This document shows positions 12,321 through 24,057 of a DNA stretch of 64,000 nucleotides, in pieces. Position numbers and translations under genes: made by a program. Source of the DNA: Callorhinchus milii (Eukaryota); NCBI RefSeq assembly GCF_018977255.1, contig NW_024704742.1:21826001-21890000 (forward strand). The letters are read 5' to 3'. Position 1 is the stretch's first letter. Each line of letters begins with the position of its first letter. The notes beneath the pieces are model-generated. The model searched no databases. It saw only the letters and a list, made by a program, of their open reading frames with translations, and was not told the DNA's origin.

Positions 12321-13261
12321 AACAACAACTTGTACTTATATAGCGGCCTCCATGCAGGGTAGCGTTTCAGAGCAAGTAACAGTGGCAGAGCTCGACTCCA
12401 ATCCAAGGGGGAGGTGACTGTACGGACGATCGAAAAGGAACGTTTTCAGGCAGGACTTGAAAAACGGGAGAGGGAGCAAGACGGGATTGAGGGATAGTGT
12501 GTCCGGAGTTTCATGGTGTAGTGGCCGAATGCGCGACCTCCAATGGTGGAGCAAGGGACAAGCAAGAGGCCAGTCTAGCGGAGGTGTCGGATGGTGGATT
12601 GGGGAGTGAGGAGGTTCGAGAGGTAGGGAGGTGCCAGGGAGTGAATGGATTGAACATGAGTGTGAGGATTTTGAAGTCAATCCGTTCAGTGATGGGAGCC
12701 AATGCAGCCTGGCCAGAACTGGTGAGATACGGGTACGGAGTTTGGTCGGGTAAGTATGCTGACAGTAGAGTTCTGAATGAGCTGGATTTTTTCAATAGTG
12801 TAGCTGGGGAGACCGGCAAGGAGTGCATTTGAGTAATACAGCCGGGAGTTGACAAACGCATGCGTGAGGGTTTCTGCTGTTTTGGGGGTAAGGTATAGTC
12901 GAAGACGGGCAATATGGTAGAGGTGGAAGAAGGTGCTCCTGGTCAGGGACCAGTTAGGGGGAAGAAAGGACAGCTGGGAGTCAAACCAGATGCTTTGACT
13001 ACACACTGGTTCAGAGAGTCTGTGGGAGAGCCCAGGGAGGTTGAGGAGTTCAGATCTGCAGGAGTGAAGACGTTGACGGGAGCCAAGGAGTATGGCTTCT
13101 GTCTTGTCCACATTCAGCTGCAGGAAATTTGCACTCATCCAGGCCCTGATGTCTACCAGACAAGCTGATAGAACATCGGCAGATGGGAGTCGCAGTTGGA
13201 GGAGGAAAAGTAGATTTGTGTATCATCCGCATACATGTGGACGTTTACCTCGTATCTGCGA
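12321..13261 (-). mobile_element. 5'-truncated L2-clade LINE (second subfamily) in OTUD4 intron 4
   Basis: HMYADD coding at ~13225-13240, LQLNVDKTEAIL, HAFVNSRLYYSNALLAGLP, ERIDFKIL, and a (TTG)n tail. Confidence 0.9.
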
Positions 13262-14021
13262 CTAAAAAAAAAGCAATTCCAAATTGAAACTAACAATCAA
13301 AAGTGTGATATTGTGGAGTAGTTCACTTATTGTAAGTGCATGCTAGGTTCCATATCAAAGTGACAAGAAACCCATTTCCCTCCTCTTTAAAAGGGCAGTA
13401 TGCCGGTCCAAGATATTGGGGTACTAAGTGGTAAGTTGCCAACAAAACCTTGGAATCTATGTCTCACTGTCACAAAGAGTCACTGAGTATATAGAAGACA
13501 TCTTTTCATAAAATCAGATCCGGAATCGTTGGTCACTCTGCCCAAATCAACAGGTGGTTATTCGAGAGCTTTGGGAAAGACCCAGAAACATGCCTCCAAC
13601 CATCCTCTAAAGAGATTAGTCTTGAAATCCCTCGAAGATATTTATTAAACTGTTAAACTTTGATGGGGTGGTTTATAAAACCTGGTGTTTCAAGTTGTGT
13701 TGGCTGCAAATAGCAGTTCTGCAGTGTACAATGAACTCAGCATCAATACACAAGGACACCTATACTGAAAAATTCATGTTTGCAACATAATCATTGTCAA
13801 TTTATAAGCTAATTGCTGAGGAATCCATGTATTGTGTGAAAATGGTAAGCTTTACATGACAGCACTATTTTCAAGGGTTCTCTGGTATGCATCAGAGTCA
13901 CGAAGAAACAAAGGAAAAGCCTTGGGAGGATGGAACAATGTCCACCTCCATTAATCAGCCACCAAACCACTTGAAATTGATCAGCTCTGCTCAAAGCACA
14001 TTAAATCAACATTGGTCTTAC

Positions 14022-14068
14022 TTGTACATGAGTGAAAGAGCACTGATTTCCACTTGTCCAACCCATTC
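14022..14068 (-). CDS. OTUD4: OTUD4 exon 4 (EWVGQVEISALSLMY-K)
   Basis: tgcag|GAA...AA|gtaaga, 47 nt, phase 0-2. Matches the recalled OTUD4 peptide and differs from the ALG13 paralogue. Confidence 0.95.
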
Positions 14069-15070
14069 CTGCATTAAAGACAAACAGCGTTTCAAATTTG
14101 GGTCATCAGAAGTGAGAAAGTAAAACATTTAGATATATTGTTATTATGGGAAAGACAAGGGGATAACCTCTGTATGAAGTGCCAGGCTGACAGGAAGGCA
14201 CTGGTATTCCCTAAACAGAGAATGGCTCATCATAGCTGACAATATCAAGAGTGGGCATTGAATAATAATCCTTGCATTTGATACAGGGCCTTATCACGTC
14301 TTTGAAATGTCTCAAAGCGCCTCACAGAATATACTGTAAAGGGAATTGACTATATATTTTGTGGGCGAAACGCGGCAGTCAATTGCGCACAGCAGTGTCC
14401 CAATGTCTCAGAACAGACAGAAATATCCATCTTTTTAGTCTTCCCAAGATAGTAGGGAGAAATCTAAGATAGGTCATCCTCGCACTCCAGCCAGTTCAAG
14501 AATTGCAATGCCAGAGGCTTATTACTTATTTACCCTCAAAACTCAAAGAAAAACAAAAAACATTTGTAATTTAATAACAAAAACTCAGCAAGATAATGAC
14601 AAACATGTTTAATTGAAGCTAAGTTCTGAAAGTGGACACTGGACAGCACGTGAAAGGCGCTATACAAAATAAAGGTACTTGTTGTTCTGCTCTGGAATTC
14701 TAAAGTTGCTCAATGTCTTTTCACTACCACAAATCACCAACCAATTGGGACAATAAAGTCATGTCTCAAAGGTTAGACAACAACAACTTGCATTTATTTG
14801 GCACCTCTCGCACAGGGGAGTGTCCCAGAGTACTTGACTATGGCAGAACACGATGCCAAGCCAGAGGGAGATTGGGAGACAATCTCCAAAATATAGTTCT
14901 AGATTACAGAGTCGTTTTCTTTTCACTGTTGCTCAGATGTCAAAAGAACAATTACTTTTTTTCCCCTGTAAACTGTTTATAAAGACAATAATCAACCCAG
15001 ATACATGCAGCACTGCTGCACTTAGTTTAACGGAACCCAAGGCAATAAAGATAAGATGCTAATTCCATAC

Positions 15071-15121
15071 CTGTGGCTTTTCGATTTGCTTTAAATATTC
15101 ATCAAACGATCCTTCAATAAA
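15071..15121 (-). CDS. OTUD4: OTUD4 exon 3 (FIEGSFDEYLKQIEKPQ)
   Basis: tgcag|TTT...CAG|gtatgg, 51 nt, phase 0-0; human FIEGSFEEYLKRLENPQ. Confidence 0.93.
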
Positions 15122-15404
15122 CTGCAGTGATGAAAGGAAGAAAATAACCTTATGAATGATGCAACATTAAACAGGAACCCCTGTGCTTCTCTAGCTGTGA
15201 CATTACAAAATGACGGCTCTCACAGGACTGACTGCTGCTGGGGAGCATATTCTGTAGCAGTGAAATGACCACACAAAATCTGACTGGACAAGAAACATAC
15301 CCCTTCCCACCCCAGAAAGCATCGAGACATTATAATGTCCAAACAGCAAGCTCATTGGCAGAGTTCAACAAACAGGTTGTCTTCAGCCAGGAAATGCATA
15401 ACCC

Positions 15405-15733
15405 CCTACCAACCTGTCCGATCCACAGGCTGCTTCACTTCCCCTGCCTTGCCTGCACTACCATTGGCGGGAGGGCCTTCAGCCTCTCTGCCCCCACCCT
15501 CTGGAACTCCATCCCACAGTCCCTCCGCCTTGCCCCTCCCTTGCCTCCTTGAAGACCCATCTCAAGACTCTCCTCTTCGACCGTGCCTTCAGTCACCCTC
15601 CTGCCCCTACTTTCCCCGCCCCCAATCCTCCCCAATCCCAACCAACAGCTCGTGTGTGAATCCGACTGTCCAGGGACTTGGGAAGTCTTCCTGACATGAA
15701 AGGCACTGTACAAATGTAATTCGTTATTTTTGT
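15405..15733 (+). mobile_element. L2 3' fragment
   Basis: TIGGRAFSLSAPTLWNSIPQSLRLA plus 3' UTR and tail. Confidence 0.85.
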
Positions 15734-15838
15734 TGTGCGCAACCCACAGACAGAAGACCCAACAAAAGGGAGAAACTTAAATTGAATTTATATATTTTTT
15801 TAAAGACACAAAGGAAATGAACAAACAAACAAAGCTAC

Positions 15839-15922
15839 CGCTTCAAATGCTTCTCGGTTCTTCCTGAGGTACGAAACGCAAGCTTTCCTGACCTCGAGGT
15901 GTCTGGACTGTGTGTGGAAAAC
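15839..15922 (-). CDS. OTUD4: OTUD4 exon 2 (VFHTQSRHLEVRKACVSYLRKNREAFEA)
   Basis: cag|GTT...GCG|gtagct, 84 nt, phase 0-0; similar to human VLHSQSRHVEVRMACIHYLRENREKFEA. Confidence 0.93.
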
Positions 15923-16224
15923 CTGCGGAAAGGTCACAAATTCAAACATTATTGTCATTGAGTCGGTTTACTTGCAGTATTGTATGTACATTTTACAAAA
16001 TCTTGACACATATACTGTAAAGTTATGGAAAGAATGAGGCATTTCGCCCACAAATATACGGTCAATTCACTTTACAGCATATTCTATGAAGCGCTTTGAG
16101 ACATCTAGGTAGAAGACGTGAAATATATCAAATGCAAGTATTATTATTATAAAAGTGACTGACTATATATTTTGTGAGCGAATTTTATGTATATTATTCT
16201 TATGTGAAGACTGCTATATAAAAC

Positions 16225-16622
16225 AATAATCCTTACATATGAATATAGCATCTTATCATGTCTTCAAGATGTCTCAAAGCGCTTCACAGAATACACTGTA
16301 AAGTGAATTGACTGTATATTTTGTGGGAGAAACATGGCAGCCAATTGTGCATAGTAGTGTCCTACAAACAGTCATGGATTGAGTGATCAATTTATTATTA
16401 TTATTTGTTTTTTGAAGGAATTATTATCCCCAGAAAAGCCATCCGCCAATCGACTAACAACTATTGTTAGACTAACAGTCTAGTTGTTAGACTAACAACT
16501 ATGGTTCCTATTTACTGCAGAGGCACGTGAGTAAGGAAACTTGCCCAACGTTTCGCTCGGTCAGGAATCAAACCCAGGTCTCTCACTTGTGAGGCCAGTG
16601 ATCTAACCACTGAGCTACAGGA
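16225..16622 (-). mobile_element. Same SINE family, long form
   Basis: Head, TTGGGCAAGTTTCCTTACTC, extra internal segment, Deu core and tail. Confidence 0.88.
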
Positions 16623-17348
16623 CACAAAACGCCTACTTCTCATTGAAATGGAACCTCAAGCCAGCTACGATTTAGTCTATTTTTGAAAGTTGAGGTTACC
16701 ATTGCCTAATCTCTTTTCAAATAAAATACAGGATCACCATTTCCACCTCGCATTTGCTTCAGTGCATTCCTGTCTTAACAGGCCATGACCATCTCCATAT
16801 GATCTTGGCATTGGATCAAGCATCCATAAATAACTCAATTAAAACTGCACGCCCTCGGTTTTAGCCAAAGGGCTGAGAAGCCATCTTAACTCTTGTTTTG
16901 TCAAAATAGTTGCCAACCTTGGATAGTTACTCCAAAGTTACTGTAGTATCCAGGCAACAAGAGATGGGATGTGAAACCTGGAATAATTTTTACTGAGGGG
17001 TGGGGGGGGGGGGAAATCAGAGTCCTTAGGGCAGTGGTTCTGACTGACTCTCTCCACCTGTCTGGTACATCAATTGGATCCTTTCCCCCCTCCCTCCCTC
17101 TCTCCCTCTTGTACCACTGTTCCACGATGCAGCAATAAAAAATAATGCCGTTCTCTCCCAGTCTGGTAACAGGAGAATTGGATGCACAGAATACTTAAAA
17201 GTGGGATTATCCTGAGCCTCTCTGGCTGTGTGTGTGTTGTGTGTGTGTGTGTGTGTGTAAAAAAAAAACATCCACTGTGTGTAAAAATAATTTCAATCCA
17301 AGGTGAGGTGGAGATGGAGAGTGGGGGGGGGGGAAGTGGCACAATCTC

Positions 17349-17605
17349 AACAACAACAAGATTGCATTTATAGAGCGCCTTTCACGTCGGGAGGACGTCC
17401 CAAGGCGCTGTACAGTTGGGTCAGGACCCGAGCCGGGGGGGGACATGGTCAGGGTGAGGGGAGGGAAGGGAGGGAGCGAGGAGGGGGTAGAGAGTCGAGA
17501 GGGGAGCTGAAGGCACAGTCAAAGAGAAAGGTCTTGAGACCGGCGTTGAAGGAGGAAAGGGTGGAGGCAATGCGAAGACACTGGGGGATAGAGTTCCAGG
17601 GACTG
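17349..17605 (-). mobile_element. L2 3' fragment with an intact terminal hairpin
   Basis: PWNSIPQCLRIA...LKTFLFD; hairpin at 17374-17409; (TTG)n tail. Confidence 0.85.
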
Positions 17606-17939
17606 CACAAGACGCACCGCCCGAGAATAATGGTGAAACTTAACAATATGTGGGACTCAGAAATAAACATTAGCATTTGTGAAACCAGTCCCCGAACCAC
17701 TTCGGTCTCACACTTCCTGCTGACTGTCGTGATTGACGTTGGTGTCCGCGCAACAAGTCCATGTCTGACCCCCGGGGTTCACACTCACCGACACGGCCTC
17801 GGCTTTGCGCAAAAGTTCACTTTTACACAAACCATCAACAACAACAACAGCAACAACAGCGCCGCTCACACCGACAACACTGCGCTCCGGGTTCGCGATG
17901 TCACGGAAAAGCCAAGACACGGTCCAGAGTGCTGTCACC

Positions 17940-18298
17940 GGGCACCGCGCGGGGGGGGGGGGGGGGGCACCGCGGGGGGGGGGGGGGGGCACCGCGGGGG
18001 GGGGGGGGGCACCGCGGGGGGGGGGGGGGGGCACCGCGGGGGGGGGGGGGCACCGCGGGGGGGGGGGCACCGCGGGGGGGGGGGCACCGCGGGGGGGGGG
18101 GGCACCGCGGGGGGGGGGGCACCGCGGGGGGGGCACCGCGGGGGGGGGGGGGGGCACCGCGGGGGGGGGGGGGGGGGGGCACCGCGGGGGGGGGGGGCAC
18201 GGGGGGGGGGGGGCACCGCGGGGGGGGGGGGGCACCGCGGGGGGGGGGGGGGCACCGCGGGGGGGGGGGGGGGGCACCGCGGGGGGGGGGGGCACCGC

Positions 18299-18329
<31 letters not shown>

Positions 18330-18347
18330 CGCGGGGGGGGGGGGGGG
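17940..18347 (+). repeat. (CACCGC-Gn) minisatellite, about 20 units, in OTUD4 intron 1
   Basis: Directly visible; G-run lengths vary. Confidence 0.95.
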
Positions 18348-18588
18348 AGTGAAAGTAAAAAGGAGGGCAGCACAACTGCTCTCCTCCTCACCGATTACAC
18401 CGACTTTACAGGAAATAATAATAATAATAATAATGATGATGATGTGATGATGATGATGAAGCAGCTGAGAGGGACCCCCTCACACCCCCCCCACACCCCC
18501 CACCCCCACAACCCCCACAAACCCCCCACACACACCCCACCCCCTCACACCCCACACCACACCCCACCCCCCACCACACCCCACACAC

Positions 18589-18795
18589 CTGCTCGGCCAC
18601 TGCCCTGAAGAGGCACGACCCGTCCTTGGCGATTCTCTTGCGGTACAGACCTCGGCTCTTCAGGAACTCGTCGAGGGGGAGCACCTCGAGCGGCTGCGCT
18701 GCGTCTTTACCGGGGCCGCCACCACCACCACTACCACCACCACCGGCGGCGGCGGCGGGGGAGCCGCGGTCTTTGGCCTCGGCGGCGGCCTGCAT
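18589..18795 (-). CDS. OTUD4: OTUD4 coding exon 1: Ala/Gly-rich N-terminus and start of the OTU domain with the catalytic Cys loop
   Basis: MQAAAEAKD...LDEFLKSRGLYRKRIAKDGSCLFRAVAEQ matches recalled human OTUD4 (GLYRKLVAKDGSCLFRAVAEQ). 207 nt, CAG|GTGTGT donor, phase 0, in a CpG-rich region. Confidence 0.93.
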
Positions 18796-18836
18796 CCCCC
18801 TCTCCCCCTCTCCTCTATGTGCGTGTGGGGGGGGTG

Positions 18837-18848
18837 GCCGCCATGTTG
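18837..18848 (-). promoter_or_regulatory. YY1 consensus site overlapping an upstream ATG in the OTUD4 leader
   Basis: CAACATGGCGGC on the minus strand matches CAAnATGGCGGC. Confidence 0.6.
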
Positions 18849-19035
18849 TTGTTGTTGTTGTTGTTGCTCAGGGCCGCGGGCTCCACGACAAGCTTCAGCG
18901 CCTCGAGAGCCGATTGTCCCACAACGTCAGCCGCCTGCGTGAGTCGCGTCACGCCGTCCCGTGGAGGCTTCCGGGTAGTGTAGTTTCCCCTCGTCTCTCC
19001 AGGCTTTCTCCCCCCCTTTCCCCCCCGCGCTAATG

Positions 19036-19061
19036 ACTACATCTCCCAGAGTGCACCGCGG
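19036..19061 (+). promoter_or_regulatory. ZNF143/THAP11-type extended site (ACTACA-nn-TCCCA-nnn-TGCA)
   Basis: ACTACATCTCCCAGAGTGCACCGCGG, ~240 bp upstream of the OTUD4 ATG. Confidence 0.75.
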
Positions 19062-20181
19062 AAGCCTTCACCTCCTCCTCCCCTCTCAATGGGCTGAACC
19101 TGGGGCGGGTTTCACGCCCAGTCGGCGGGTTTATGTTTTCTGTTCAGCTGTAACGTGTGTGTGTGTGTGTGTAAAAATAACACATGTTTGGGTGGATGAC
19201 TCATTTTTATCATATTTTAAATGTGCAAAAGTTTTTTTTGGTGTGGGGAGGGGGGGAGGGAACACCCCCTTTTTGAAGAGCTTTTCTGCCACAGTTTCCA
19301 AAGCACTAATTGACCTGTTTACCCTTATGGGGGAGGCAACACATGATATATTGGGCTACTTTTTTTGTGGCAATAGATTTCTTTTTTTATTTTATTTTAC
19401 TTATTTGCATGCACTTATCTCACAAACTTATCTCTAAACCCGTCACAGGGGGAGGGAAAAGAGAAGCGACACGTTATTTTCTCGTTACAGGACACGAGCG
19501 GACGAACAAAACGATATATATATATATATATTTATACATATATTCATTTATTTGTAGATAATATATTTGCACTTATTTCAGAAAGTATGAATATTGGGCT
19601 ACTTTTGGGCTCGTAGTTGGTGGGTTTGGGGCTATTTTAATTGCTGGCCACCCCGCCTCTCTCTGTGTCTTGTCTCTGAGATCATGCTCCTCAATCGAAA
19701 TTGAAAGGAAAAGTAAACCCTTGTATCGTTTTCCTCCAAACGCACATACACCCTCCCCTGACACCCACCGGCTCTTGTCTATACATAGAAAGGGTAGGAG
19801 TTTGCAGATACAAAAAAGACGATTTACTGTTTTTATTGGTAATATACTGAGGTATATTACTCTCTGTCTGCCGGACTCACCCACCTCAGCTACAATATCT
19901 ACCCAATCTGGAAATCTTCACCCGAATTTTTATTGCTCTCATAAGAACATAGATAAGAACATAAGAATTAGGAGCAGGAATAGGCCATTCAATAAGATCA
20001 TGGCTGATTTATTCTAACTCCACCTACCCGCCTTATTCGTGGGCGAAACACAGCAGTGAGTTACACACAACAGTGTCCCACAAACAGCCATGGAATGAGT
20101 GACCAATTTTATTTGGGGGATTATTGGCCGGAACACAGGGAGAAACTCCCTCCTCTTTTCGAATGGTCCATGGGATCTTAA

Positions 20182-21633
20182 AGCCTCCCAGCTTCGCTCT
20201 TTCCTCTCCTCCCTCCATGTGCCCCTCCAATTGGGTTTCCGTGCTGCCCACAGCACGGAAACTGCTCTGGTCAAGGTCACAAATGACATCATGACCATGT
20301 GTGATCAGGGCTCCCTCTGTCTCCTCGTCCTCCTCGACCTCTCCGCCGCCTTTGATGCTGTGGACCACTCAATCCTCTTCCACCGCCTCTCCTCCCACCT
20401 CAACCTTCAAGGTTCTGTCCTTGACTGGTACAGGTCCTACCTTTCACACCGCCTCCACTTCGTCTCAGCAAACGGCTTCTCCTCCAGCCCCTGCACCCTC
20501 TTGTGCGGAGTTCCTCAAGGCTCTGTCCTCGGTCCCCTCCTCTTCACCCTCTACATGCTCCCCCTTGGTGACATCATCCGCAGACATGGAGTAAATTTTC
20601 ACATGTATGCAGATGACCCCCAACTCTATCTCTGCCTCCACTCTCAACTCCAGGATTACTGGCGTCCTGACCGACTGCCTGTCCGACATCAAGTCCTGGA
20701 TGAGGGACAACTTTCTCCCAACATCAGCAAGACCAAGGCCTTCCTGATTGGCTCACACCAGCGCCTCCACACCTCAGGCACTGGCAGCATCAGCCTCCAC
20801 GGCTGCACACTCAACCTCGCTAAGGGACGTCCTCCTGACGTGAAAGGCGCTTTATAAATGGAATCTTGTTGTTGTTGTTGTTGTTGTTGTAAGCCAGTCA
20901 GGTACCTGGGTGTCTCGTTTGATCCTGATCTGTCCTTTCTCCCCCACATCCGCGCCATGACCGGCACTGCCTACCACCACCTCTGCAACATTGCCAGACT
21001 CTGCCACTGCCTCACCCCTCAGGCTGCCGAAACCCTCACCCACGCATTCGTCACATCAAGGCTCGATTATGGAAACTCCCTCCTCATCGGCCTTCCCAAC
21101 TCCTCCCTTCACAAGCTGCAGATCATCCAAAACTCTACAGCTTGTTTACTCTCACGCACCAGGCTCCGTGACCCCATCACTCCCACCCTCGCCCGACTCC
21201 ACTGGCTCCCCATCCCTCAGAGGATCGAATTCAAGATCCTCGTCCTCACTTTCAAGGGCATCCATGGCCTTGCCCCCTCCTACCTCTCTGACCTGCTGAC
21301 TCCCTACCAACCTGCCCGCTCCCTCCGTTCAGCGGGCTCCAGCCTGCTCCATGTCTCCTGCGCGATCCGCCGTACCATCAGGAGCCAGGCTTTCAGCCTC
21401 TCTGCCCCCACACTCTGGAACTCCATCCCACAGTCCCTTCGCCTCGCTTCCGCCCTTGCCTCCTTCAAGGCTGGTCTCAAGACCCTCCTTTTCGATCGTG
21501 CCTTAAGTCGCCCTCCCACCTCTCTGCCTTTCCTCGCCCCTACTCCACCCCTCCCCCATGCTCAAGTCCTGCGCCTTGGGACGTCCTCCTCACCTGAAAG
21601 GCACTCCATAAATGTAATTTTGTTGTTGTTGTT
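20182..21633 (+). mobile_element. 5'-truncated L2-clade LINE: RT domain, ORF2 C-terminus, 3' hairpin and (TTG)n tail
   Basis: GFRAAHSTETAL, LDLSAAFD, GVPQGSVLGPLLF, HMYADD, SRLDYGNSLL and LHWLP motifs; disrupted by frameshift and an insertion. Confidence 0.93.
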
Positions 21634-23130
21634 TATCACACACCTGAACAGGCAGATTGGACCTTGGTTTAACATCTCACCTGAAGGACAGCACCTCCGA
21701 CAATGCAGCACACCCCCAGCAAGCACTGCATTGGAGTGTCACCTTAGATTCTCAGTCCCGATGTGGGGCTTGAACCCATAATCATCTGACTCAGAGGTTA
21801 ATCCAATAAATGTACTGAAGACTGGATGGATGAAGTACGTTTCAATGATATAAACAGGATTTTCACTATGTTGCCGGTAGATGGTGTCACAGTGCTAGTG
21901 TCGGTATCTTTGCCAAAATTCTCGGGAACATTTTCAGCTGCTCTCCCATGGTCTTGGCCACATGAGGTCACTCAAGTACATGGTTATTCACAGCAATCAC
22001 AGCAGTGCTTTGTAGAATTCCTGCTCTCCATTTTAAATAAAGAGGCTATGAGTAACAATTAAAGTTGGCCACAAAACATGCTCGTTTCTCCATCCAACAA
22101 GAGTAAACAATACTTAAATATTCCTTTTCGATCTCCTAGGGAAAGGTAGATATTGATATTAGAAATATTTAGTGAAGTCTGTTTGTGGCTCAGTGGGGAA
22201 ACGCACTGCCTAGTGTGCTACGCTGAATAGGAAGGTCCTAGGCATAATCATGTAATCACTGGCCTTCCCTGAATTATATTATCCCTCAAAGGAGTGTAGG
22301 GCTACAATTGGTATTAGTTTTCCTAGCCTAGGATATCTAGAAATTAGCCAATGTTCCTACTGCTGGTCAACAAGGCTGCTCATCAGGATTAGCAGTTTAA
22401 TTCGGACAACATTAGATTCATTCAAACAGGGAAGATATATACACAGGTAGCATATATTTAACAGGCTATAATAATACTCCTGCTATTTGATACAGTGCTT
22501 TTCAGATCAGGAGGATATCTCAAAGCGCTTCACGGTATTTACTATTAAGGTGTAGTGACTGTGTGTTTGTAGGCATGTACAGCTATCAATTTCCACACAG
22601 CAAAGTCCCACAAAAAGTCATGAAATGAGTGACTCAATTTATTTGAGTCATTGTTGGCCAGGGCACTTGGAAGTAACTCCTTTCCTTTTTCGAATAGTAG
22701 CTATGGGATCTTTAGCTTCCACCTGAACCAAAAGAAGGGACTTTAGTTTAACATCTCATCTGATAAACCCAGGACAACACTTTAAAATACACCAAGGTGA
22801 AGAAACCTAGGTTCAGTATTGTGAAGGACAGAGTTAGGTCAGATAACAAGTAATTATTTATCGCCCTCCTCTTGTAAATGGATTGCCTTCTTGCTGGAGT
22901 ACTATTCCAGAGGCCCAAGTCACTTTTTTCAATACCGCACCCAGGTGATCACTGTCCTTCACAGTAGGTAGGGGGGGAATCAAAAATAAGGGCAGTCAGT
23001 TCTCACCTGACATCCACACTTTGCCTCTTCTAGCTGTGATCTTTGGAAACGATCAGAAGCTGGAGCCATGGCTCATTTTCCTACCCCAACTTAATTCTCA
23101 GAGTCCAATTGTAGTGCTCTAGCTGAGATA

Positions 23131-23481
23131 AATCCTGTAACTCAGTGGTGAAAGTACTCGCCTCGCAAGCGAGAAACCTGGGTTTGATTCCTGGCAGGGC
23201 GAAATGTTGGGGAAGTTTCCTTATTCCACACACTTCTGTTTACCTAGTAGCGAGTAGGAACCCGGTTGTTAGTCAATTGGTGGATCACTTTTCCAGGGGT
23301 AATAATTCCTTCAAAACAAATAATAAATTAGTCACTCAATCCACGACTGTTTGTACACAATTGGCTGTCGCATTTTGCCCACAAAGTATACAGTCAATTC
23401 ACTTTACAGTATATTCTGTGAAGCATTCTGAGACATCTCGGATACATAATAAGGTGCTATATCAAATGCAAGGATTATTAT
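23131..23481 (+). mobile_element. Same SINE family, long form, interrupting an older minus-strand repeat (~22970-23560)
   Basis: Head-to-tail colinearity with the other copies. Confidence 0.85.
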
Positions 23482-23682
23482 AAGGTACTCAGGACAGAGA
23501 AGTGATTGAACCTGGACTTTCCTGTTCTGTACCATTCAGCTCGTTACTCAAAATATCAGCAAGCTATCAGAGCATCCATATATTTGTTACATTCTAAAAC
23601 ATATCTATGCTAATTTATAATTGCTTTACCTTTATTTGCTTACCTGTGAAATCTTATTATGAATTTGTGCACTGTGCTTGTT

Positions 23683-24057
23683 AATAATAATAATAATGAA
23701 TTTTGCATTTGATATGGCGCTTTATCACATCTTCGAGATATCTCAAAACGCTTCACGGATTGTACTATAAAATTAATTGACTGTGTACTTTGTTGGCGAA
23801 ACGCAGCAGCCAATTGGGCACAGCAGTAATTTGCTCACTGGATTGAGTGACCAAATTATTATTTTTTTTGATGGGATTGTTACCCCCGGAAAAGCGATCT
23901 GGCAATCGACTAACAACTGGGTTCCTACTTACTGCTAGGTAAACAGAGGCGTATGGAGTAAGGAACCTTAACTAAGGTTTTCGCCCCGTGTGGGAATTGA
24001 ACCCAGGTCCTCTCTCTTGCGAGGTGAGTGCTCTAACCAATACGCTACAGGATTCCA
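23683..24057 (-). mobile_element. Same SINE family, long form
   Basis: Full-length reverse-complement match. Confidence 0.88.

Larger units (their letters stand above)
17690..19110. promoter_or_regulatory. CpG-rich promoter and first-exon region of OTUD4
   Basis: High GC and CpG density against an AT-rich, CpG-poor background. GC box GGGGCGGG at ~19102 and ETS-like CTTCCGG at 18968-18974. Confidence 0.75.

Noticed and set aside
17303..18608. Long Gly-rich and Pro-rich ORFs in several frames
   Set aside because: Artefacts of the stop-free G-rich minisatellite.
11742..18795. ALG13 as the identity of the OTU gene
   Set aside because: EWVGQVEISALSLMY, KDGSCLFRAVAEQ, QQKRDYSIAAG and linkage to ZNF827 fit OTUD4. 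No glycosyltransferase exons were recognised upstream.
20099..21781. RT ORFs as an active retroelement or domesticated gene
   Set aside because: 5'-truncated, no endonuclease domain, frameshifted and interrupted by an insertion.
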